A DNA stretch of 64,000 nt from Diadema antillarum (GCF_040938485.1 NW_027270890.1:6572001-6636000); one strand, 5' to 3'; positions 26,331-39,714 are shown, counted from the first letter of the stretch. Notes: generated by a model from the sequence alone, not told the origin. Program-made: numbers and translations.

Positions 26331-27741
26331 ATTATGAGGAATAAATGCGTCAGTCATCAGTGGTGAAAGGTCAAAGGTCAACAATTGAAATTTCAGGGAT
26401 TATGTCTGCTTGTGTTTCAATGTAAACCTATGACATTTTCCTCTTGTGTATGACTACATTGTACGAATGAAATACCTCTGAACTTCCACTGTTGTGTATA
26501 GAAATAAGGTATGGAGAAAGAAAAAATCAAGGTATCATTAATAACTCATCACGGAGACTTCTCTTTGTTTTCTTTCTCTTTTTGTCTCTTTCTTGGAAAT
26601 TATAATTGTTATAATCTGGGCAACAATCCCGGCCCCCACTCAAGTGGTCATCTGTACCGTATCTGCGGACCCGATTTTTTTTTTTTCGGGAAAAGGGGTA
26701 TTATCTTAAGGTTTCAATTCGGTGAAAAAAGTCCGAAAAATCATTGGAAATATAGTGGTCTTGTAGCATTTTTTTTAAAAACACCATGATATCCTCTCCG
26801 AATTACACAAACGTCATCAGTATACATCTGTTTACCTTGTGTCCCCTCAAACTGCATTACTACTTTGTTCTTTCAAGCATTGATGACAGTTTTGTTTTAA
26901 TGGTTCAGCAGAGCGTTTTTAATAATTGTAGAACGTTCACAATGCAGAAAATAGTGTCGTATGGCATAGCAATAATAAATATCATTAACACCAAATATAC
27001 ATCACACCACTCCCACCTGTTAATAAGAAAATTACAATGATATCGTTAGACAACCTCATTTATATACATAAAATCGTGGATGTGAATTATTATGTATACA
27101 TTTACTACGCAAGTATATATTATGAGTTGATTATGTTATATATGAGTAAATTACTTGACACAATGATTTAAGTGTTACAAATATACGTGATTGCCTGATA
27201 CCTTTGCGTTGTGACCGTTTGGGTCAGATATTCAGAAGATTATAAAGGATAAATCAAGAAAGCCCTACCATCTTCAAAAACCAAAAGAAAAACAAAAGAT
27301 TTGACATATCACAACTCAAAACTTGGCCAACTGGAATCGCTCATCTTGGACGACCGCGTGCACCATTCGAACGTGAGCCATGTCAGACTACAGTGTGAGG
27401 AGCTAAAGTATGCGTTACGATTTTTGTTTTGTATAATTTGGATGCAAACTGGCGTACTGTCTTGTCGATCGTTCGAGAAATGTTTCGCATTTGCTAGCGG
27501 TTCATTGAGTTTGGCAAAGGTACGCAGGGTTCCAAAAACACTTTTTAACACTTTTGAACAAAACAACCATGGAGCTACATGATTCAACCAAAGGTAGGTA
27601 GATGTTTGTTTCCACTTTCGAGGGGAAAAGAGTATGCAATTTAGATACGCATACGTTTAATAGCTAAAGACGCTGTAGTGTGACAGGTCCTCAACAGGTC
27701 TGGACTCCTTCAAAGCCGAGGTTGTAGGGCGTCTACGGAGC

Positions 27742-28337
27742 TTAAACTGCTGGAGGCGTTGTTACACTTACACCAGGCTTGTTCTTGCCGCGTCTTGATC
27801 CCTCCCGATGTCCCTGGCTACGTCCCAGAAGATTACGTAGAGGTTGGTTTCTTCCTCGGTGCTGACTTTGACCTCCCATCTGATTCCGTTGTCGTCGGTG
27901 AGGTCGAGACTGATTATGACTAGCTCCGTTACGTGGTGCCTGGTTCGGATCTTGCTGACTATGTTCCGGCTGACTATGTCCTTGTCGACCTGCTCCAAGA
28001 TGGTCACGCCGCTGCTGATTGCTTCCAAACTGACGATCTCCTGGTTGATTTCGTGGCCGATGAATGCGTCCTGTCTGGTTTCGCCCCGAGTCATTGTCAT
28101 CTGGCTGATTTTGACCTTGATGATGAAGAGGTAGTTCGACACTCAAACTTCGTCCTAGTCCTCGGCGATCCGTCTGGCTGCCTCCTGACCTATCGCGTCC
28201 TGCTTCATCTTCTACTTGCTCCCTTGGAGCCTTTGAGTTCTGCTGATTACGTCGTTCTTGATATTTTCCTGGCTCTATAACTTCCAGCTGGGTTCGGCCT
28301 TCTTGATCTCGTGTCTGTTGATTGTTTCCGTGAGAGT
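27742..28337 (-). CDS. Uncharacterised secreted protein, coding exon 3 (596 nt, terminal): Q/R/G/N/H-rich disordered tail ending KPGVSVTTPPAV*
   Basis: Acceptor ttttgtcaattgcccAG, phase 1 (A|AC), one open frame of 198 codons to TAA, and GC-rich coding-like composition. An alternative donor GGT|GTAAGT near 27772 cannot be excluded. Confidence 0.8.
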
Positions 28338-28764
28338 CTGGGCAATTGACAAAAATTTACGGAAAATTTGATCTGAGGTAACATGTTTCTTACACACACA
28401 TCTTGCAGCAAATCATTAAGACTTTCTTTCTTGCGTACAAACTGAATATTATTGATATTAGTTTCAAATTTATGTAAATAATTATCATGCAAACAAATCT
28501 GCAAATCTAATTTATCATGGGATTGTAGTGAATATGTATACACAAATATGTATATATATTTTATTCAATAATCATGGAAAATAATGTAAAGTGATTCATT
28601 AAACAAACAGAAGCTCCTTAACTTTAAGCAGAGCTTGTAGCCATTGTAGAAAATGAATAATCTTCTCGGATTCAAAGAATGGTAAAGAGAAGGAGGAAGG
28701 TGCAATGTTTTGTCGCACTGGTATGATAATGATTAATCATGCACTCACGAGAAATGTATTTCTA

Positions 28765-28955
28765 GGTTCCATGACATTTTCTCCTACGCTAGACATAAAT
28801 TCTACCCACAAGCACACGCGTAATCCTAACCCTATATAATCCTAATCATCAAACTAAACCTAAAATCCTATCACAACCCTAACCGTTACCATGAGACCCT
28901 GGAGAATATAAGACCAGAGCAATCATACTCTTGCAGGAGCAGATGACATGTCACT
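28765..28955 (+). mobile_element. Dispersed repeat with degenerate (CCTAAC) runs and ggagca-containing ends
   Basis: gacattttctcct...cctaaccctatataatcctaa...aaccctaacc...caggagcagatgacat. Ends are approximate. Confidence 0.45.
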
Positions 28956-29635
28956 GTATTTCTCATTGCTATATGTCTTGATGATTAATAAAATCGAAAG
29001 GATGACAGAAATCATGATGTTCTGGATGAATGAAGAGTTAGCGGAAATGAGTGCTTTTCGATGATTGGATGATTACATAAGATTTTCAGGTTTGAACGTC
29101 ATACAATTAGCGTCTTCCCCAAAATGGAGAGAAACCGACGCGTCAGGTGAAACGCATTAATAAATGTGCTCCCTGGAATTTCAGTAGTTTTGTTTTGGTA
29201 GTTGTTGTTGTTGTCCTGTTAAGTTATCTGTTAGTTTATGCAGCAATAACAGTTTAGCAAACCTATAAAAATACAAAGTACTAGTGACCTGTCTATTGAA
29301 GTAGTTAAACATGGAAAAAATACTGGGAATTTCATCAAAATCATATGATTGAATTCTTTACAGAAACAAACATGAAAAGTCAACCTTTTCTTTTATTGAA
29401 GTATTTAGTTTTTATTGCTTGAATTACATGAAATATCCGCACACCGTCACAGTTCCATATCTTTTGGTTTTACTGATTTTAAATGAGAGATGATTGGTTT
29501 GAAGGCATCGATTATAAATAGTTCTTGTTAATAGACACGCTGATAGACATGTTTGCATTATATCGCTGTAAAATGATATCTAGACCCAGGATCGCAGGAG
29601 ATATTCTAAATGCACACTAAAAAAGACCCCCCCCC

Positions 29636-29677
<42 letters not shown>

Positions 29678-29786
29678 GCACACAAAACACACAAAATAAA
29701 ACAAAACAAAACAAAAACAAAATCAAGACAAAACCACCAAAAAAACCCAACCAAATAACAAACCAAAAGTCCACAGGAAAACTTAC

Positions 29787-30110
29787 TGGAAACGTTGGAT
29801 TCCATGCACACCCTCAATCGATGCAGATTTCTGTAAGTACACGCAAAGTGCAAAATCTCACAGGTGTTGTTGAAATGTGCTGTCCTGTCATTACGGCAAA
29901 CCCTGTCGGCGCCGATCCGGTCGATCTCTCGGTTTGCCTCGAGGAAGTCAGCGACGAGCTGCCCCAGGGCTTCCTTGGAGCAGTCCTCCTTGTACTCGGG
30001 GGGAGCATTCAAGAACTCCTCGCAGACACTTCCCTGCTTCACGATCCTCCGAAATCCAGCCAACATCCTCCTAGGCTGGCCGTTTGGTCTGTTCTGAGGA
30101 GGGGGACATG
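29787..30110 (-). CDS. Uncharacterised secreted protein, coding exon 2 (324 nt, phase 1-1): Cys-containing Kazal-like domain
   Basis: Acceptor ctcctgcacAG and donor A|GTAAGT. Translation: ACPPPQNRPNGQPRRMLAGFRRIVKQGSVCEEFLNAPPEYKEDCSKEALGQLVADFLEANREIDRIGADRVCRNDRTAHFNNTCEILHFACTYRNLHRLRVCMESNVS. Confidence 0.85.
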
Positions 30111-30435
30111 CTGTGCAGGAGTTTCAAGCAGAGTTGGATCCATTTTACCCCATTGCTTTCGTTAAAGGGTGACTAAGCTCTATGCCAATTGTTTGTATGA
30201 ACACCACAAAGTAACAGAATATGAGAGAGATTGGATCTCCGACTATATGGGGTCCCGGAATTCATTCTGATTGTACGCACACAAACTGTTATGGTTAGAC
30301 ATAGCAAGAGAGAAAAAAATAAAACAGAGAGAAAAGAGAGAGAGAGAGAGGGAGGGGTGGAGACAGAGATGCAAGTTTTAACCTCAAAGAAAATACATTA
30401 CAATTACTTCAAACGATAGTAAACATTGCACTTAC

Positions 30436-30496
30436 CGTCTCCACCAAGCAGAAGGCTTAGAAGCAGGATGCTCTCAACAAATATAACCACCTTCAT
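30436..30496 (-). CDS. Uncharacterised secreted protein, coding exon 1 (61 nt): signal peptide MKVVIFVESILLLSLLLGGD(A)
   Basis: ctctcttcctcAG|ATG and donor G|GTAAGT. Hydrophobic h-region with small residues at the -3/-1 positions. Phase 1 matches exon 2. A non-coding upstream exon is implied. Confidence 0.85.
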
Positions 30497-33400
30497 CTGA
30501 GGAAGAGAGCAAGGAATAGACATGCATGACTGTGTAATCCATTTCATCTAGATCTGTCGTCATAGAGAAATCTTACTGGAAATGATGTCAGAGTATATTT
30601 CCCGGAGAATGTTCTGATTTTCCGTAGTGCTAATTGCTCACTCCCTCGCCTTGAATCATGTTCAAACAAATAGAAAGAAAGAACAAATCTTTCTATCAGT
30701 TTGTTGACTCGTGGAGTAGACCTAGATAGACTCCACAACGGAACATCATTACCTTCACTTCATTCCAAGATGAAGAAACGACAGAGTAAACTGACCACGT
30801 TGAATACATACCATGAATATTGTGGTGCCACCTTAAAACTTCGAAGCTGCCGTAAAAGCGATAGTCCCCATTAAAAGCAAAAAGATACTATACTAACCTT
30901 TCCGACTGCATAAACCGACTTCCGAGCATTCTTTGACGATGCGAAACAGTAATTACATTATGTAGAAAAGTATCAACATCTGAGTAATATATCAAATAAT
31001 TCTTTACTTCCTATCAGAGGCAGAGAGAAGGACATTATAATTCCAACTCCCACCATGTGTACCTGGTTGCATGGCTTTGACAATTACATAGGGCCTGGGA
31101 GACGTCCACTCTGATTCTGTTGACAAAATGTTCACTGTTATTTTCATCTAATTTTGCATGTTTTTGTCCATTTCAAACAATTGCAATACGATTATACATA
31201 ATAGAATGCCAAAAGAAACTAGTACAAGCTATAGCAGAATTGCCTGTAAAGGTATCAATCAACACATAGTTTTCCTACAAAAACAGTAGGCCTATTAGTC
31301 ACATTTTTTCTTTACAGAAATAGCAGAAAAAAAGATGACGCCATCACAGTTTGTTTTTACGTTTAGTCAAGATTTACAGTAGCACGGAATGTTAATTGTC
31401 ACATATCGAATATGAACTCACCATTCTCCGTGTGAATGACTGCGTGCTTGGTCGAAATGGTTTCTCATGGACAACGGATAAGTTGATCCATCAAAAACTC
31501 AACTTTGATGGTAACTCTCTATGCGTTGCGCTTGACTCATGTGTACCTCCTTTCACGTTGCAGCTCTATTAAATACGAGCTCTGATTTTCCATATGTAGA
31601 CGATAACGAAACAAGCAGAGTCAGTGTGAGATACAGCTAGAGGTGAATGTTCAAAAAACAGAACAGAATATCGCCAACCACAATCATGGTGAAAATGAAA
31701 ACGTGGCATTGATTAATTTCTCCACAAAAAGGTTGAAAGATGTTGGTTGCTAAAGGTGGGGGGGGGGGGGGGAGGGTGGGCACCAACGCCCTCGTCAGCA
31801 AGAGCTGGTGTTTATTGTGCGCTGTAAAGTCGCATTGCAGGATGAATTAATTGTTCTGTCAATTAGCAGATACATTTGAACAGTCAATATGGTAGAAATT
31901 TAGGGTGATTAATGACCATGCCGCGACGTATTTCTACAGGTATATTCCATATGGTATGGAGTTAGAGACCTTTTTTGTTCAATCATCCTTTTGCTTTTTT
32001 TTTTTGGTTTATTTTGGGGGTTATACGATGCTATAATCATGTCATTGTTTGTATAACACAGTGTTATGAAAGATTTCAAAGAGAAAGTATACTTGGCTTT
32101 AAATAGTGGTACAAAAACGTTTTTAAACATCCTTGTTTGCCGTATTGGGGTCTTTGCACAGAGAGTTCTGCTGGATCAGAGTGTCATGCGGCCAGCTAAA
32201 TGCTGTAGTCAAGCATCGACAAAAGATAAAACACAAACAAACAAACAAACAAACAAACAAACAAACAAACAAACAAACAAAGTGATTTCAACCGGATTTC
32301 ATTTCATGATGCATTGATGATGACTTGGATGATCATTCATACCCCAATACTGTTGGTGTGTGTTAAGAAATATCGCATTTTATCTAAGCTTTGACCAGAG
32401 ACTTGCCTTTTGACAGGATACCCATGTTATATCGGCAGAAATGAGTAATTACCGATTAACTACCATGAAAACTAACTTGAACAAGATATAAAGAGACAAT
32501 TTGAGGGCGTTATGACAGCAATATCATTATAGAGGGATGATCACTGTTCACTTGCTTACAAAACAACCGGTCGTTTCTGTATCTATATCCGACATGTAAC
32601 CTGATCGCTGTCTGTCTGTCTGTCTATTCATCCATTTATCTTTCCTTTATCCCCACTGGGATACTTATTATTCTACATCAAACATAATTCATATTCACCT
32701 GAACACAAAATACATCACAATGTTTCAAATAACATCATAATATTTTGAATAATATCTTATTTATCTAAATAAGATTTTATTTATCTACCTACCCATCTAT
32801 CTGTCTCTCTATCTCTCGCTGGTCATGCATCATGGATGAGCATAGAGTCTTTAAAGGTATTGTTTGCCATTGGAAACAGTGATTAAAAAAATGTTTGAGT
32901 TATCACATTTGATGCATCCCTATGTTTAGGTCAGTTGCATCATAAAGGATCCAACCATATAAAGATTCGCAATAAAGCCTAAAATATGAGATGATATCAC
33001 TATTTTTCAATAAACCGTAACTGTAGACAGTTTATTCTAGAAACAATCTTATCATAACTATTCTTCACATTTTGTATATTTAACAATACTTGACATCGAT
33101 TGTAATGATTACAATAACATTGTTACATTGGTTGTTTCTATCCCTAACTGACATTTTCAAACTATTTTTTAAGCACTGAAACTGGGTTTTTGTTTCATCT
33201 GCTAATGAAAAAGAATTGCATGTTATTATTATTTTATATATACCGTATTGTGATATATTGCAAATATAACACAACTTGAAGATTGAATATACACATATAA
33301 CATGCAAAATATGTTTTTCGGTAATGATATAGGCCTACCAGTCAGTGTGATGGTTTTGATAGTTATAAGTTTAGAATCTTAAGCTGTAGCTTGTTTGTTT

Positions 33401-33732
33401 CAGTTTTTAATAGGTTTTTTGATTTTTTTGTTTTTTCCCTTTTGTAACTTCTTAACCCTTTCTCTCTCCCCCCTCCCTCACCCACTCATTTTCTTTTTCT
33501 CTCCCTTTCCTTCCCCAGTTACATATTGTTTTATAACATACACGGGCATTACGCGCATTACAAGAAATGAGCAAAATGAGATATAAATTTGATTTTTTGT
33601 GATTTTAAGAGGTCTTTTTGTTAAGCCTCCGGAATAGTAATAGCTTATTAACAAGCATTGCAATAATCAGAGTTAATAATGCAATGATTTGTTTTATATG
33701 TAGTATGTTTTAATCAAAGTATGTTGTTATTG

Positions 33733-33905
33733 GGGCGGCAAGACCTCGTATCTGCAATGTCAAATATTTAGTCTGCCGTGGTGGGCTTATATATTTTGGG
33801 GTGGAGCAGCAAAAAACTTGAACGGGACTTTGACTTAAATTGTCTGACCAATAGTTTTGAGGAAGTCATTTTCACCAAAATTTGAGGTACAAGGTCTTGT
33901 CGCCC
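33733..33905. mobile_element. 173-bp MITE with 18-bp imperfect TIRs
   Basis: GGGCGGCAAGACCTCGTA versus TACAAGGTCTTGTCGCCC (16/18 complementary). No clear TSD. Confidence 0.65.
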
Positions 33906-36281
33906 AAGCGATCATAATGACATTGTGATTTATTGTTGATATAACACAATCCGTTAAACGCGGGATGGGATTTTTATTTTCCAGTAACTACAATTTGTTG
34001 TATATTTATCTCATATTATTTTATGATATATGGTTTCATATATATGTATTTTTTGAATATATAATTGGTTTTTAAATGTAAATGAAGTGAATAGTATTAT
34101 TTTTCAGTGTGATAATTATTGATATGTATAAATTTAAAATTTTATTCGGAAGTTTTGTGTTTGGTCTCAAAATAACAGTTTCTACGCGCTATAAATTGTT
34201 TTTCCTGTCTCCACCCTTTCCTCTCCCCTCCCTCCCTGTCCTCATTTCTCTATTTCTCTTTTCTCCAACTTCACACGAGGCCCCTGCAACTTTCATGGGT
34301 TTTTACGTACAGTATATACAGAGAGCAAAATAATGTTATGCATCTGATTTCAGTGCTGGCATTGGTTTTGAATTGATTTGTTTGTTTTTTGTATGTTTTT
34401 CGTAATCAAGTACAGTAACATTTTTTCCTTGTTTAAATAGATAAACGGTGGAGGTACATGACATGACCTTTTTTATGAAAACTTAATTTTCCATGTGCAA
34501 TATCGTATCCCTAATATCTGTTGGTCATTGTATTTTTTTTTTTTTCATATTTCTATGTCCTCACATTTACTCATGTAAAAATATCTGTAATTCAGCCTAC
34601 GGGCTGCAAGAGATGTTGCCAAATAAAAAATACCTTTACCTTTACCTTTAAATGGTAAAATAATGCCTTTAACTCCTGTATCGTTGGTGGAAAAAGGAGG
34701 TGGCTTGATAAATCGTGACTGGTTTCCGTGCCATTTCTCTCTTAGATGCATATCTTTCCATTTCTGCAAATATTTTGAGAAATGTCGTTCTGTTTCACTC
34801 ACTTTTTTCTCTCTCTTTCCTTCAGAGTATGAGGTCAATATTTGATCCTCAACTTGCCGTTGTTTGTTTTCTTATCATGTGACCACAGGAAACAATACTT
34901 TTTCGTTTCCTAATTGTATGAACCAGCCTCTTGTCAGTCGCAGAACCTCTTCATTTGACTCGTGGGTCGTTCATTGTTTACACACGATTGCTGTCTGCAC
35001 CGTCAAGCAGTAGTGGAAAAACCGCAGACCCACTAAATGTTTCATGTAAAAATAAAAACAAGTTACTCTTGTACATGGTTTGTACATGCTAACTGAGAGT
35101 GAAATATTAAGTGGGATATAATGCTAAATGTTTCGCAAAATCTTAATTCAAAGCATGTGAGTAACAGCAGTTATCATAGTCTAAAGTGTTTAAATGGTAA
35201 AACTAGTGATTACGGCAAAGTCCTCCCCCCTACTATTGTGATATTTTGTCGTTGAGCCGTCACCACACTGACAAATGGTGTCCTAAAAAGGCCTCCTGCA
35301 ATCAAATTTACTGTCGAGGGCCTTCTGATGTAGACAGGTCGTCACATCTCAGATTCAGGTCAGGATAGATCATGTGATCATGACTTATCATGCTAGATTG
35401 TCCACCTTATCTCATTTCAGTTTTCTCTAACTTCCGCTAGGTTTTCATCTATGATCAGTGAAATGAAACAAATAACAACAAAAAAAAAACAACAAACCAC
35501 ACACGTTAATGAATGAGNNNNNNNNNNNNNNNNNNNNNNNNNNNNNNNNNNNNNNNNNNNNNNNNNNNNNNNNNNNNNNNNNNNNNNNNNNNNNNNNNNN
35601 NNNNNNNNNNNNNNNNNNNNNNNNNNNNNNNNNNNNNNNNNNNNNNNAATACAAAACATGAAAGATCTGCCTTTGCTTTCATGATACCACTCATAGCTAA
35701 GTCAGCCAAAGAATGCTTTGCCCGACAGTAGGCCACCCATGCGCTAGTCCGAATCTTACGATAATCGGCATCAGAAAAGGAAGGTTTATCTAACAAGGGA
35801 ATTGACAAAGGAATCAGCTTCCTGTACATTTAGATGTGTGTTTAGGTGTTTTTAACTGAAATGGTGTTATTTTATGAATTATATTTGACGAATGAAGGTA
35901 CATGTTTTTTGAATATTCCATATTTTGTTATTAATGGACGGGAGAATGTTTCATGTCAGTAATGAAACTGGGTGACATGCTCCTGCGTGCTGCGATATAA
36001 ACTAGATGATTCAGGAGAAATTGAAATATGTGAGAAAGAATAATTACAACGATGCAAGAAATTAAAAATTCTTTATGCACCCGTGGAAACTACAGGAAAT
36101 ATAGATTTAGGTTAGAAAATGGGAATTAGTTGCATGCGAATGATCAATTTTTATTTGCTGACTTTATGCCGATATTTCTATATTTGCCTGGATTGTGTGA
36201 AGAAGATGGATACATTTCAGGTGAACGTGAGAAGGCTATTATGCACATTTGACAGATTGAGAACATCTTATCAGGTACAAG

Positions 36282-36331
<50 letters not shown>

Positions 36332-38534
36332 TTTGCAGTTGAAGGAGACAATCAAAGGGAAGGTAAGAAGACGAGTGACAAGAGTAATATTAGATATCTC
36401 ATTTTATCTTGTGCTGTCAAAAAAAAATATATGTCGGAAATAGAGGCTTTTAGAAAAGTAAGGGAGGACATAATTGTGTCACAGCAATTCATAAGTGGAT
36501 TGGATGTCATTGTGTTGAACTGCACCTTAAAGACAAGAATTAAGGGACCGAGAGAGATACAGGCGGTCGACTCTTCTCACCATGGATGAGTAAAATCACT
36601 TGAATGATTTCTTCCTTCTTAGACGTCTCTTTTTGGAAAGACTTCATCTGACTGAAAATGAAGCTATTTATTGTTCTGGTTACGTTCTTCTTAAAAATCA
36701 ACACGGAACTGGTGATTTTGACAACTGGACAAAACAAAACCGTATATTCTTATTTTATTTTTTTTTTTTACATAATTGCCCTGTTCCTTCATGAATTTTA
36801 GCAACTTTTGGTGATATATTGGTAAGTACAGCGCGGAGTAGTAACTTGAAGGAAAAATATCATTGTTGTAATTCTGAAATCAAGCCATGTTTCTGCGTGA
36901 AAGGTGAGTTGCATTTTATGGCTATTTTAGAAATATAAGCCCTACATCTTGTCCTATGGCAGAATTTCAAATCTGCTTAAATTCAAATGAAAATTTTCCA
37001 TGAAGCANNNNNNNNNNNNNNNNNNNNNNNNNNNNNNNNNNNNNNNNNNNNNNNNNNNNNNNNNNNNNNNNNNNNNNNNNNNNNNNNNNNNNNNNNNNNN
37101 NNNNNNNNNNNNNNNNNNNNNNNNNNNNNNNNNNNNNGTAGTAGAAGTCATAAACTATATTACAAAATAGATGCAAAATCAATACAATGCAAACTTTGCA
37201 GGCATGAGAAAGTGAGCACAGCTATAAATCGAAATAGTGACGTACTGAAAAGCGGGGCTTGTAAGATGGGGATCACACGACAAATTGTGATATGCAAGTA
37301 ACAATAATTAATCATCTATGATATTGGCATATTGTAAATAGAACTATTTTAAAGTATACAGGAACTAATACTGTTAAATGAATTATCATTTGATTTTCGG
37401 CGCAGGCACTATGGTAAGTGGAAGACTGGTCTACACTGTACATGTTAGAACCATGACGACGGATGAATGTAAACACTTTTTTTTTCAGGGTTGACAAAGA
37501 AAAATTTTGAGAATTTTGGAAAGATTATATTTTGTCAACTTGTTTGCAATATCATTTTTAATGAAATATTACATCATTTTTACGTTAAAACAAATTCAAC
37601 CTGCAAGGTACTTTTGTCAAAAACTCATAATGTTTGAGCTTTATAAACAATGGGTCTGACTTGCAAAATGCGTTGATCAGATACATACATACAAAGTTCG
37701 TTAATGGCAATAAAGAAGTGGAACAAGATTGTTCTGTCTTGACATGAGTTGCTCATGCAATATAACAAATACTTATAGGAATATTAGGAAAATTGATGTA
37801 CATGGATTACTACTATAATCTATGGACATGAAAATACAGGTACACTGTCAGAATTGTTTGGTACTTCCCCCTTTCTCTCTCTCCATTTCTCTCCTGAACA
37901 ATAACGAAATTGACCAGTGTCATTTTTACATTGTTTAATTGACTTAACAGTTATTTTAATAATCATATCTTATAGCTTGTATAAATGCATTGTGGTAACA
38001 TACCACAAGTAGGGGGACTGTATTATGCACGTTCGCTTTGTAGCAGCGCCTCAATTTTCATTTCCAGTCTTTAATGAAATAAGGTATGTTTCTATGTGAT
38101 ACTATTTTGCATGAAATTAATCATGTTGACATAATTTCTATGTAACATTAATTTATGTCGATTGGAAATTCATATTAAAAGAAGAATAAATAAGTTACTT
38201 TGTTATATTATATGCCACGTGATGAATGACTTTCTCTTCCTATATAAACCTCCTCTGCCTACCCTTATCTCCCCCACCCCCACCCCCCCCCCCCCCCTCT
38301 CTCGTGTAGGTCACGTCACATTGTAGCTATGTTTGAATGACTACCATCAAGACGATGGTATAGACCAATAAAGTGTTTGGATACCCCTAGATCAGAATTA
38401 TAGTGCTCGCTCCTCTACGTACCTCACGCCAGCTCTTTTGTGTGGGTCACGTGTCGCATCGTAACTATATTTGAATGACTACCATGAAGACGATGTTAGA
38501 CAAAAAAAAAAAAAAAAAATGTTTGGATTTTTTT

Positions 38535-38924
38535 TTAAAGGAATCGTACACTTTTGCTTGAGACCTAACTTCAGGTTCCTAACCTTTAATTATTATTTTT
38601 TCTGTGTGTGTGAGATAATGGAAACCTCTAATGAAATGATATTATGGAAGAACATGTAACTCCATGAGGATTTCGACATTATTTGTTGAAAATTGGTTTT
38701 GAAATTGCTGAGATATCCAACACAGAGCGATTTTAACTGTTGTTATAGTCGATATATTTTACTCTATTTTTGAAGTGTAAGCCATTCCAAAATCGATTTT
38801 TATTGAATAAACTTGGGATTCCTCTTAGAAACGTAATGCTCTGTACTATAAGTGTTTTCTTGGTATCTCACAAAAAGTTAAAAGCCCCATTTTCATCTCC
38901 ACCAATACTGTAGCCTCCCTTTAA
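38535..38924 (-). mobile_element. Kolobok-like MITE family A (~390 bp), copy 1
   Basis: TTAA-AGG...CCT-TTAA ends; internally similar to 39325 and 46886 in reverse orientation. Confidence 0.75.
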
Positions 38925-39324
38925 ACTTCAATGTTGCAATTAGATCAGAATTACAAGTGTTCTGCTCCTCTTAGCGCCCCCCTCCCCCACACACCATCCC
39001 CGCCTTGAACTCCCTTTCTCTCTCTCCCGTCCTCATCACTCTCAGCGTTCATCACTTCCATCACTCCCCTTCCATCACTCCCTCTCCCTGCCCTCCCATC
39101 TCTCCTTCTTTTTCTCTCGTATCGTATTTCTCCTCTTTTTACACTTCACCTTCTCTCCGCTGCCCTTTTTCTCCCCATCCTCCACCCCTTCCCCTTCCAA
39201 ACCCCCTTCCCTATCCGTTCCCTGCCATTTACTAGTACCCCACTCTTTCCTCTGCTTTCCAATTATTTCTTTCCAACCTCCTTCCATCTCACGTTGAATG
39301 AGCTTGAACAGTCTATGTTTCAGG

Positions 39325-39714
39325 TTAAAGGAATGTTGTAGTATTTATTGAGGTGAGGATTCAGCTTCAGATGCTTAGAAACCACTTCATGAAAATCCTA
39401 AAAAGACCATACAATTGTGAGAGGAATCAAAAGTTCATTTGATGAAAATAGGTTTGGAAATGACTGAGATATGAAGAACAAAGTAAACCAAATTTATCCC
39501 AATAAAAGGTTGGTCCGACCATTTGTTAGGATCGCCTTGATTTGGATATATCCGCCATTTCAAAATCATTTTTTTTTAAATCAAAATAAACTTTGAACGT
39601 CTCTCGCTATATGCTCTTTCATTATTTCGTAAGAGAATTCTCGTCTAAGAAATCATTATACACAAAATTTGAAGCCTAAAACCCCACTTCAACTGAAACT
39701 GTACAATCCCTTTA
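39325..39714 (+). mobile_element. Kolobok-like MITE family A, copy 2
   Basis: TTAAAGGAATG...TACAATCCCTTTA; aligns with 46886. Confidence 0.75.

Larger units (their letters stand above)
8904..37137. other. Five assembly gaps: 8904-9041, 9069-9223, 23049-23218, 35518-35647, 37008-37137
   Basis: N runs of 130-170 nt. They suggest a short-read scaffold, which matters when judging the duplications and palindromes. Confidence 0.99.

Noticed and set aside
27768-28280. 124-aa minus ORF (27768-28142) and plus ORFs 27844-28134 and 27933-28280
   Set aside because: These are alternative frames of the secreted-protein exon 3. Only the Q/R/G-rich frame is in phase with the upstream exon.
28820-28890. Telomere-like CCCTAA words
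   Set aside because: Too degenerate and embedded in a dispersed repeat; not an interstitial telomere array.
29617-29786. C-terminal half of the 149-aa ORF (poly-Phe run)
   Set aside because: It is read-through past the GTAAGT donor at 29786 into an intronic poly-T tract.
30745-31640. Candidate upstream non-coding exons of the secreted gene (minus-strand donors near 30752, 30897 and 31544)
   Set aside because: An upstream exon is implied, but sequence alone cannot choose among these donors.
35648-35829. Minus-strand frame ...YRKIRTSAWVAYCRAKHSLADLAMSG next to a gap
   Set aside because: It has no convincing splice sites or recognisable domain and is truncated by Ns. It could be a retroelement scrap, but this cannot be supported.
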